From Candidatus Poseidoniaceae archaeon (GTDB lineage: Archaea > Thermoplasmatota > Poseidoniia > Poseidoniales > Poseidoniaceae), in NCBI GenBank assembly GCA_030747695.1, contig JASLKG010000004.1:73184-137183 (forward strand): a stretch of DNA of 64,000 nt, written 5' to 3'. Each line of letters opens with the position of its first letter. Positions within the stretch are counted from its first letter, which is position 1. Under the pieces are notes generated by a model. That model saw nothing but the letters and a program-made list of their open reading frames with translations. It ran no database searches and had not been told where the DNA came from. Both the position numbers and the translations under genes were made by a program. Shown here one piece after another: positions 11,251 to 19,112 of the stretch.

Positions 11251-12462
11251 ATGTCGGATGCCATCCCCCGCGATATGGCATTGGCAGGTTCTAGAATTGA
11301 TTGGCGTAAACACCTATTACAAATGATAGATGATGAAGATATCAACAGTGATTTTCGACCTATAGTTAACAAAATTGTTTCAGGAACCTCTCTCTCATTG
11401 GAGGATGGGATTTATCTTTACAATCATTCGGATTTAGAGACTATTGGAAAATTAGCAAATTTGGTAAAGAAAGCAAGATTTGATGATCGTGCATTTTTCA
11501 ACTTGAATGTACATATTAATCAGACTAATATCTGCACTTTAGCTTGCAAGTTCTGTGCCTTTCGCCGAGGACGAAATTCAAAGGATGCATATGCATTATC
11601 TATCGATGAATATTTACTCGAAGTATCACAATATGCGCAATTTGTCGATGAAGTTCATTCGGTTGGAGGTTTACATCCCGATTGGGACATCAACCATTAC
11701 GAAAGCCTATTTTCAAAAGCCAAATCCTCACATCCAAATATTCATTATAAAGCATTAACAGCTGTCGAGATCAAACACATTGCTGGGATTTCAGGAATTA
11801 GTATTGAAGAAACTCTAGAACGGCTGCAAAATGCCGGACTAGGGTCTTTACCAGGTGGTGGTGCTGAGATATTAGATGATAATGTTAGGAAAATAATTTG
11901 TAATGGTAAAGAGTCTTCTGAAGAGTACTTAGAAATTCATTCAATTGCCCATTCACTTGGTATACCAACTAATTGTACTATGTTATTTGGTACAATAGAA
12001 AATACAAAACAAAAAATCACACACATGATTAAATTACGTAAAACCCAAGAAAACACTGGAGGTTTCCAATGTTTCGTACCATACCCATATCTGCCTGATA
12101 ATTCACGTCTAACTCAGGCGAAATTAGCAACTGGTGTTGAAATATTGCGTACTATTGCAGTTTCAAGATTAATGCTTGACAATATACCTCATGTTAAGGC
12201 ATACCGAATGAATCTTGGAGATTTTGTTTCAGAATTGGCTTTACAATATGGTGCTGATGATATTGATGGAACAGTGCATAAGGAATCCATTATGCATCTT
12301 GCAGGCTCTGATGCCCCACTTGACCATGATTACAATAATATTGCAAGAATTGTCAATGACGCAGGTTGCCGCGCAGTAAAGAGAAACTCGACATATACTG
12401 CCTTTGAAGAAATAATCCCGATTAAGAAAACTCATCGTAAGAAATTACCAATGGCTCAATAA
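11251..12462 (+). CDS. Radical SAM enzyme of the futalosine pathway (MqnE aminofutalosine synthase / MqnC family)
   Basis: CTLACKFC (Cx3Cx2C) cluster motif, family-typical N-terminal region, and location immediately upstream of mqnA. I cannot separate MqnE from MqnC by eye. Confidence 0.75.
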   Translation: MSDAIPRDMALAGSRIDWRKHLLQMIDDEDINSDFRPIVNKIVSGTSLSLEDGIYLYNHSDLETIGKLANLVKKARFDDRAFFNLNVHINQTNICTLACKFCAFRRGRNSKDAYALSIDEYLLEVSQYAQFVDEVHSVGGLHPDWDINHYESLFSKAKSSHPNIHYKALTAVEIKHIAGISGISIEETLERLQNAGLGSLPGGGAEILDDNVRKIICNGKESSEEYLEIHSIAHSLGIPTNCTMLFGTIENTKQKITHMIKLRKTQENTGGFQCFVPYPYLPDNSRLTQAKLATGVEILRTIAVSRLMLDNIPHVKAYRMNLGDFVSELALQYGADDIDGTVHKESIMHLAGSDAPLDHDYNNIARIVNDAGCRAVKRNSTYTAFEEIIPIKKTHRKKLPMAQ

Positions 12463-12473
12463 GAGGTATCTGA

Positions 12474-13259
12474 ATGTGGAAGAAAACTATCGGGAGGGTG
12501 GCATTCATCAATTGTGAGCCTCTATACTATGGCCTTAATAGCCAATGGAGAATTCTTTCTGCACCACCTTCGTGGTTAACTGGACACCTGTTGCGTAGAG
12601 ATTGTATTATTGCTCCAATACCTGCTGCAGATTATGCAAAATATAGTGACGAATTAGTCCTTGTTCCAAATTTATCAATTTCATCAAAGGGTGAAGTGGG
12701 TAGTGTTTTGTTGTTTTCAAAACATAATCTTAACGATGTGAAAACTATAGCGTTACCTTCAGATTCTGCAACTTCTGTAAAATTACTAAAATATTTATTG
12801 AATTCTAGGGGCATTAGGCCTGAATATATTGAAATGGGGCCTGACTTAGATGCTATGCTGGCTAAATGTGACGCATGCTTACTCATTGGTGACAGAGCCC
12901 TAAATGCTTCAACTAATTATCCAGATATAGTCAAACTAGATTTGGGGTCTGAATGGAAAGAAAATAGCGGTTACCCTATGGTTTTCGGTGTTTTTGCTGC
13001 ACGCTCTGATACGGATAAAAAACTCGTTATAGAAGCCCATAATGCATTACTATCACGTCTAGAAGATTTTGAAAACAATCAAGATACGCGTGCTAAAGTA
13101 ATTCTAGAATGTGCAGAAAGGACAAATCAGGATATTTCGCGCCTTGAGAAATATTTTGGTGAAGTTATCAATCGAATGGATGCAGAAGATATGGATGGGC
13201 TCAATCTATTCCTAGGAGATGTTTGTGAAATGCCCCATGGCCCAAAACTAGCCTGGTGA
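12474..13259 (+). CDS. mqnA: Chorismate dehydratase MqnA (PF02621 family)
   Basis: RVAFINCEPLYYGL start, SDSATSVKLLKYLL, and ACLLIGDRAL, typical of MqnA. Confidence 0.8.
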   Translation: MWKKTIGRVAFINCEPLYYGLNSQWRILSAPPSWLTGHLLRRDCIIAPIPAADYAKYSDELVLVPNLSISSKGEVGSVLLFSKHNLNDVKTIALPSDSATSVKLLKYLLNSRGIRPEYIEMGPDLDAMLAKCDACLLIGDRALNASTNYPDIVKLDLGSEWKENSGYPMVFGVFAARSDTDKKLVIEAHNALLSRLEDFENNQDTRAKVILECAERTNQDISRLEKYFGEVINRMDAEDMDGLNLFLGDVCEMPHGPKLAW

Positions 13260-15611
13260 TTATTGATCTCCCTCATCAATAAATCCTTTCAGTAAATCTG
13301 ACTGTAAAGCATCTTCATCAATTTTCTTTTTATCTTTGGAAGGTTTCTTTTTACGTCTAACAGCTTTCCTTCTTGATTTTTCTTTTACTACTGGCTCTGG
13401 TTCGGCTTTTTTGACCTTTCTAGTCCTAACAATAGGAGTTTCTGATACACTCGATGATGAAACAATTTTCTTTTTTGCCACAACATTGCTGTTATCATTA
13501 TCAGAATCTCCACCCAAACGCCGTCTCTTTGTTCGCATTATTGGGCCATCTGTATTTATATCGCGCGAAGTTGATCTTCGTCTTACTTTGACACCTTCGT
13601 TTTCACCAGTGAATTTAGAGTCTGAATTACCAAAATCAGGCTTACTCTTTGGGGGTGTTCGTTTAGGAGGTTTTCGTTTAGGAGGTGTTCTTCTTTGAGG
13701 AGGACTTGAGTCAAAAGAATCATTATCCCCATCCTCTTCAATATCTAAGTCATTATCGAATTTAAAATCCTCTATCTCTTCTTCTTCATCGTCAAGATCC
13801 AAGTCAATCTTGTTATCTCTGCGCACTAGATAGAGTAATCCTATCATCGAAAGAACTAGGTAAATTGCTAATGCAATAGGATGTGCTAAAATATAGAATG
13901 CTTTTTCGGTATTCGACTCAACTGGTTTAGGTAATTCCTTCATTGATAAATTAAGAGTTTCACCGTCATTTACCCAAATATCAACAGAACTCATAATTCC
14001 ACCTTCACCATGCATTGAGACTGACATCGGATGTGCTGGTGCTAACCATGAAATCGAACCATCTGTTGGTTCAGGCTGACTTGATAATGTCATATTTAAC
14101 GGATACTCAACTACAGATTGGATTAAGAATGTAGTAACTATTGTGATAGTAATTTGTGTTATTGAATCAGTTTCCTGGACCATCACCATACCCCCATAAA
14201 GGGTGCAATGAACACGCCCTGTCCCAAGAGCTCCGCTCGAAAGTGTAATCGATTCCCTCCATTGCTCAATTATATCATCATCATCCATATTTTCACACAT
14301 AGCATCCGCAAATAGATCTGCTTCCAACTCACTTATTTTGTGGTCATCGTGCTGGGCCAATCGACTCAAATTTCTGATGGAACTTGAAGGGACTGGTGGT
14401 AATGTAATGTGATCTGAAATAGTTAGAATGCCTTCCTCAAAATGAAAATCAGCCTTTCTAATTTTAGCAAGATTTGGAAATTCGGAGCAAGGTACATCTT
14501 CAGGGGAATCACATCCTATGTCATTATCCCATTGATCGTTTAATCCATCTCCATCATCATCTTCATCCAATATGTCCGGAACAAAATCTTTGTCTGTATC
14601 CTTTCCTGGCTGGCCATAGCCTAGAGGTAATAATTCACTTCGATAGGTAGCGATTCCACCAACTCCGCCCGCTACAAATATTGTTGTGATTCTACTTAAT
14701 TCATCATCAATTATCTCAGCATCATAGACCTGATGAAAGAAACTGGTTTGTGTTGCCTCAACCAGACCAATGATGTCCAATGTTACTAAACCATGCACCA
14801 TATTAGTACTGTATGCGACATGTACTCTTTGGCCATTATGTGAAAATAATAATTGTTTGGCTCCATCAATTTTATGTGAGTCTTGATGTTGACCATCAAT
14901 CCCTTTTCTAATAATCTCGCCTAACTCATTGATTATGAGGTAGGAGTTACTATCGGGAGTAAACATACAATCAGTTAACAGAGTTCCGTGTTGCATATAG
15001 GACCCTACCAATTGTGAATCTGATACATCCCATATTGCATACCTGCCACTTTCATCACCTGTAATTATCCAATTCCCATCAGAACTATAATCGATGCATG
15101 TTACATCAGAATTGTGCACACCAGAGAGAGTTGCTTTTAACGTCATATCATTTGTCCTAAATAGATCTACATCACCAGATTCCCCCGGTGCTGCTAATAC
15201 TGTATCGTCGATACTCCATGCAATATCCACAGCCTTGTCATCTGCTACCGCCTCTTGACTCAAAACTATTGAGTCATCAATGTCTATAATTTTAAGTGAT
15301 TCCCTTACAGTAAACGTTGCACCTTTGCTAACTGCTAGCAAGCTACCATCATTTGAAAACTCCAAAGTTGAGATTCTTTCAAATTCAAAACTTGCAATTT
15401 TATGTAAATTACTAGTGTCGTACAATGCTACTTCATTATCATGTGCTGCTGCAAGTATTGTCGAGTCCCCATTTAAAGCTATAATACTGCCTTCTGTAGC
15501 ATCATATGACCATGTTGAACCTGTATATGTCAGGCCTGAGGGAGTTGCATTTACAAGCGGTGAAAATAGTGTCAATACTAGAATCACGACTAGGAGCCTC
15601 GCTCTCGACAT
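13260..15611 (-). CDS. Secreted WD40/beta-propeller protein with a TSP3-like Ca-binding repeat, one TM anchor and a Lys/Arg/Pro-rich cytoplasmic tail
   Basis: Signal peptide MSRARLLVVILVLTLFSPLVNA. WD-like blades (CIDYSSDGNWIITGDESGRYAIWDV). DEDDDGDGLNDQWDND. TM segment ILAHPIALAIYLVLSMIGLLYLV. Tail PPQRRTPPKRKPPKRTPPKSKP. Confidence 0.8.
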   Translation of the reverse strand: MSRARLLVVILVLTLFSPLVNATPSGLTYTGSTWSYDATEGSIIALNGDSTILAAAHDNEVALYDTSNLHKIASFEFERISTLEFSNDGSLLAVSKGATFTVRESLKIIDIDDSIVLSQEAVADDKAVDIAWSIDDTVLAAPGESGDVDLFRTNDMTLKATLSGVHNSDVTCIDYSSDGNWIITGDESGRYAIWDVSDSQLVGSYMQHGTLLTDCMFTPDSNSYLIINELGEIIRKGIDGQHQDSHKIDGAKQLLFSHNGQRVHVAYSTNMVHGLVTLDIIGLVEATQTSFFHQVYDAEIIDDELSRITTIFVAGGVGGIATYRSELLPLGYGQPGKDTDKDFVPDILDEDDDGDGLNDQWDNDIGCDSPEDVPCSEFPNLAKIRKADFHFEEGILTISDHITLPPVPSSSIRNLSRLAQHDDHKISELEADLFADAMCENMDDDDIIEQWRESITLSSGALGTGRVHCTLYGGMVMVQETDSITQITITIVTTFLIQSVVEYPLNMTLSSQPEPTDGSISWLAPAHPMSVSMHGEGGIMSSVDIWVNDGETLNLSMKELPKPVESNTEKAFYILAHPIALAIYLVLSMIGLLYLVRRDNKIDLDLDDEEEEIEDFKFDNDLDIEEDGDNDSFDSSPPQRRTPPKRKPPKRTPPKSKPDFGNSDSKFTGENEGVKVRRRSTSRDINTDGPIMRTKRRRLGGDSDNDNSNVVAKKKIVSSSSVSETPIVRTRKVKKAEPEPVVKEKSRRKAVRRKKKPSKDKKKIDEDALQSDLLKGFIDEGDQ

Positions 15612-15695
15612 CTAACCTCTCCGCGCTTGAGCAGAACTAACCTACTTGAAAGGATTGGCCTAATTATTGAATAAGTAAGACGATTTGGAGGGTTC

Positions 15696-16181
15696 ATGGA
15701 GAATTTGGAGGGTGCTGAGTCATGCTGCGATAGTCCTGTAGATTCCGAGATTGAATTTTCATGGAAAGACAAAGGTGTTTGGAAACAAAGTGCGAATAAT
15801 ACAAAATGGTGTCTGATTGGTTGTAGTATTGGAGATTTTGGAACGATAGCAGCTTTCCAGTTTGTTTTCATAGATTCAGGATGGAGTGATATGGCAATAA
15901 TGGCGTTAGCCATGTTTAATGGCATTATGACTTCAATAGCACTTGAAACAATAATTTTGTCTGCGCAATTGCCACTTAATGAAGCATTCAAGGTAGCCAT
16001 TGGTATGTCGTTGATTTCAATGATTTCTATGGAAGCGGCCATGAATGCAGTAGATCTCGTTTTAACTGGAGGAGCGATGTTGACTTGGTGGGTAATTTTG
16101 CCTATGTTTACAGCAGGTTTCTTGACTCCATGGCCATATAATTACTGGCGATTGAAAAAATTTGGTAAGTCCTGCCATTGA
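15696..16181 (+). CDS. Small integral membrane protein, DUF4396-like
   Basis: Four TM segments, with WCLIGCSIGDFG resembling the conserved Cys/Gly motif of DUF4396. N-terminal ESCCDSP. Confidence 0.45.
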   Translation: MENLEGAESCCDSPVDSEIEFSWKDKGVWKQSANNTKWCLIGCSIGDFGTIAAFQFVFIDSGWSDMAIMALAMFNGIMTSIALETIILSAQLPLNEAFKVAIGMSLISMISMEAAMNAVDLVLTGGAMLTWWVILPMFTAGFLTPWPYNYWRLKKFGKSCH

Positions 16182-16223
16182 ATCTGTCGGTGGGCTTTTG
16201 AAATAGACCTAAGTCGCAAGGCC

Positions 16224-17108
16224 ATGACAGAGGGATTGCCCATAGATAATGATGGTAATTACATTGTCAGGATTGGACATTCACCCGACCCTGATGATGC
16301 TTTTATGTTTCATGCAATGACAACCAATGCCTTTGAAACACCAGGTTACAAATTCGTTCATGAATTGCAAGACATAGAGACTCTCAATAAAAGAGCTATG
16401 CGTAATGATCTCGAAGTATCAGCAGTTAGTATACATGCATATCCTGAAATTTCAGAAAACTATGCTCTAATGAATTGTGGAGCTTCAATGGGTGAAGGTT
16501 ATGGACCTATGATTGTAGCAAAAAAGGGCATTTCAATTGATGATGCTAAATCAAATTCTATTGCAATTCCTGGGTTAAAAACTAGCGCTTATTTGGGAAT
16601 TCGTCTTTGTTGGGGTGATTTAGATTATGAAGTAGTTCCATTTGACGAGATTATTCCAAAAATACTCGATGATACTTACAAATCAGGATTAATTATCCAT
16701 GAAGGCCAATTAACATATTCAGATTATGATCTAGAAGTACTAGTTGATTTAGGTATTTGGTGGAATGAAAAAACGGGTGGACTACCAATGCCTCTTGGAG
16801 GTAATGTTGTTCGACGTGACCTTGGAGATAAGGCGATCAATGACATCACAAATTACACAAAAATGAGCATAGAGCATTCACTAAAAAACCCAGAGATAGC
16901 TTTAGAATTTGCCAAAAAATGGGGTCGTGGAATAGACGATAAGACAAACAAAGAATTTGTTTCAATGTATGTAAATGAACGAACAATTGACTACAAAAAT
17001 GAGGGTCGAGATTCGATTCGTAAATTTTTGCAAGCGGGAAAAGAAATTGGTCTAATTTCCGAAAACTTTGATGTTGAAGGTTTGGAATTTGTTGGCTCAG
17101 GTGAATAG
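16224..17108 (+). CDS. MqnA/MqnD-family (PF02621) menaquinone biosynthesis protein, MqnD-like
   Basis: IGHSPDPDDAFMFHAM, DIETLNKRA, VSAVSIHAY and GASMGEGYGPMIV motifs. Confidence 0.7.
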   Translation: MTEGLPIDNDGNYIVRIGHSPDPDDAFMFHAMTTNAFETPGYKFVHELQDIETLNKRAMRNDLEVSAVSIHAYPEISENYALMNCGASMGEGYGPMIVAKKGISIDDAKSNSIAIPGLKTSAYLGIRLCWGDLDYEVVPFDEIIPKILDDTYKSGLIIHEGQLTYSDYDLEVLVDLGIWWNEKTGGLPMPLGGNVVRRDLGDKAINDITNYTKMSIEHSLKNPEIALEFAKKWGRGIDDKTNKEFVSMYVNERTIDYKNEGRDSIRKFLQAGKEIGLISENFDVEGLEFVGSGE

Positions 17109-17109
17109 G

Positions 17110-17592
17110 ATGAGAAATGAAAAGAGAACACCTAGAGTCTCTGAATTTGGCTCAGTTGACCCGGCGCCACCATTATCGATTGGTGATGTGGAATCTTGGA
17201 GAACTACCTTGCTTGATGACAACAAAAAAATGTTTGAAAAAATGCGTGTGGTTTTTTCACTTAGAAATAATCGCTCTCCAAAAGCAGTAATGGCATTATG
17301 TGATGGATTTCGTTCCAATAGTGCCTTACTGCGACATGAAATCGCATATGTTTTGGGCCAGATGCAAGATAAATTGGCAATTCCTACACTCATTGAACGA
17401 TTGAGTGATGTGTCTGAACACATAATGGTAAGGCATGAGGCTGCAGAAGCTCTTGGAGCCATAGGTGAACAGAGGGCAAAAATTGTTCTTGAGCGATTTT
17501 TGACTGATCCAAATCCAGAAGTTGCTGAATCATGCGAAGTAGCATTAGATTTGTTGGAACTATGCGCCAATAATGAAAAAATTGAATGGTGA
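17110..17592 (+). CDS. Half-length deoxyhypusine hydroxylase (DOHH)-like HEAT-repeat protein
   Basis: SVDPAPP, ALLRHEIAYVLGQMQ, MVRHEAAEALGAIG and ESCEVALD match the C-terminal half of eukaryotic DOHH. ATG lies 1 nt after the mqnD-like stop and is preceded by AGGTGA. Confidence 0.75.
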   Translation: MRNEKRTPRVSEFGSVDPAPPLSIGDVESWRTTLLDDNKKMFEKMRVVFSLRNNRSPKAVMALCDGFRSNSALLRHEIAYVLGQMQDKLAIPTLIERLSDVSEHIMVRHEAAEALGAIGEQRAKIVLERFLTDPNPEVAESCEVALDLLELCANNEKIEW

Positions 17593-17849
17593 ATATAGCC
17601 AAATTCAAAGACCCCATGCATTTAGGAACAGTTGAGGGAGACGTTTTGCCACACGAGCATATCGAATTAGCACAGTCACCAAGTGGTGAATTAGGCCCGC
17701 GATGTAAGTCCTGTGGAACACGGATGACATTTGGTGAAGCAATGGTTGTCGACAAAGATTACTACTGTTGGGAACATTATGTTCTGGTAACAGGGTCTGA
17801 TACTGCAACTGTAGAACGCGAGAGAGATGTTAGATTCTGGAAGGAATGA
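17586..17849 (+). CDS. Small zinc-finger protein (Cx2C-x17-Cx2H), unknown function
   Basis: Overlaps the DOHH-like stop by 7 nt, and its own stop overlaps the priS ATG (ATGA). Motif CKSCG...CWEH. Confidence 0.55.
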   Translation: MVNIAKFKDPMHLGTVEGDVLPHEHIELAQSPSGELGPRCKSCGTRMTFGEAMVVDKDYYCWEHYVLVTGSDTATVERERDVRFWKE

Positions 17850-19081
17850 ACTTATCAGCCGTCGGTAATAACAAATTGATGGGCGGTACAATGTCAGGGT
17901 GGGCTAGATTCGCACACAGATTCACTCAATACTACCGAACAGCGGCTCTGTGGACACCACCCCGGCTAAAATCAAGAGAGTGGATGTTTATACCATTTGG
18001 AAATGGTAATCCTCTTCGGCATAAATCATTTTCAAATATAGAAGATGTACGAAAATTTGTTTGTGAACGGCCACAACATTCTTGTTTCTATTCAACTGCT
18101 TACTGGAAGAGACCACATGAACTCAAAATGGCGGATAAAGATTGGCTGGGTACTGATTTGATTTTCGATCTTGATGGAGACCATCTACCGGGAGTTACTG
18201 ATAGAGATTTTCCTGCAATGATAGAAGTTATACAGGAACAAGCTTGGTCATTGTGGAATGACTTCCTTGAACCTGATTTTGGGTTTAAAGAAGATTATTT
18301 ACAAGTAACTTTTTCAGGACATAGAGGCTTTCATTTACATTATCGAGACCCTTCGTATTTACATCTTAACTCTGAATCAAGAAGAGAATTAGTGTCACAT
18401 ATTAGAGGTGTCGGTGTAGAAGTAGTGGATCTTTTTGAGAGATCACAATCACCTCATGCAACTGGTTGGGCGAAACGTATTCGAAAGGGATTTGACGATG
18501 TTGTTGGAAAACTTGATGAGATATATTCAGGTAACAATGAACATTTGAAGACCATGGAAGCTGGTTTGCGAGAAATGCTTGACCGCGAGGGAATTAAGGG
18601 ATTGAGGAGTACAGCATCAATAAGAAAACTAGCCGAATTAATGCAAGATAAAGGACGAAGAGATCGTGTTTTGTCTGGAAGATTTCAGGCCCTGAATAAT
18701 CATGGTTCCTTGTTACAAAATTTAATAAAATCAGATTCAAGTGTTATACTTGGTAGCGCCGGTGAAACTGATGAGGTGGTGACAATTGACACTAGGAGGC
18801 AAATTCGATGGCCTGGTTCCCTCCATGGAAAATCAGGTATGAAAGTAACTGAATTTCCTCTATCTCGACTTGATCCTTCCAAATCAAATTCTTTTGATTG
18901 TTTAAGTGAAGGTATTGCTTTATCTCGGCAGGAAAAGGTTTCAGTTGAAATTATCGAAGATGATGTCGTGGCTCGTTTTGATGACACTGTAATTGATTCA
19001 CCTCGTGGCACTATCATCGAAACGCATGAAGCAGGGGCTACATTCCTCGTTTTGAAGAAATGGGGACGGATTTCAAAATAA
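17846..19081 (+). CDS. priS: DNA primase small (catalytic) subunit PriS
   Basis: DLIFDLDGDH catalytic DxD motif, FSGHRGFHLH, REWMF and YY motifs of archaeo-eukaryotic primase. Confidence 0.9.
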   Translation: MNLSAVGNNKLMGGTMSGWARFAHRFTQYYRTAALWTPPRLKSREWMFIPFGNGNPLRHKSFSNIEDVRKFVCERPQHSCFYSTAYWKRPHELKMADKDWLGTDLIFDLDGDHLPGVTDRDFPAMIEVIQEQAWSLWNDFLEPDFGFKEDYLQVTFSGHRGFHLHYRDPSYLHLNSESRRELVSHIRGVGVEVVDLFERSQSPHATGWAKRIRKGFDDVVGKLDEIYSGNNEHLKTMEAGLREMLDREGIKGLRSTASIRKLAELMQDKGRRDRVLSGRFQALNNHGSLLQNLIKSDSSVILGSAGETDEVVTIDTRRQIRWPGSLHGKSGMKVTEFPLSRLDPSKSNSFDCLSEGIALSRQEKVSVEIIEDDVVARFDDTVIDSPRGTIIETHEAGATFLVLKKWGRISK

Positions 19082-19112
19082 TTCTGAATACCATACGAAG
19101 TATGGTCATTTG

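Noticed and set aside
17068-17109. Longer version of the DOHH-like ORF, starting at 17068 inside the mqnD-like gene.
   Set aside because: The extra 14 residues overlap the upstream gene's C-terminus and have no DOHH counterpart. The ATG at 17110 has an SD-like AGGTGA and sits 1 nt after the upstream stop.
17110-17592. Alternative reading of the HEAT-repeat ORF as a generic PBS-lyase/HEAT (phycobilisome lyase-like) protein.
   Set aside because: This is not fully excluded without a profile search. However, the ordered, near-identical DOHH-specific blocks (SVDPAPP, RHExxYxLGQxQ, MVRHEAAEALGAI, ESCEVALD) argue for DOHH homology rather than generic HEAT similarity.
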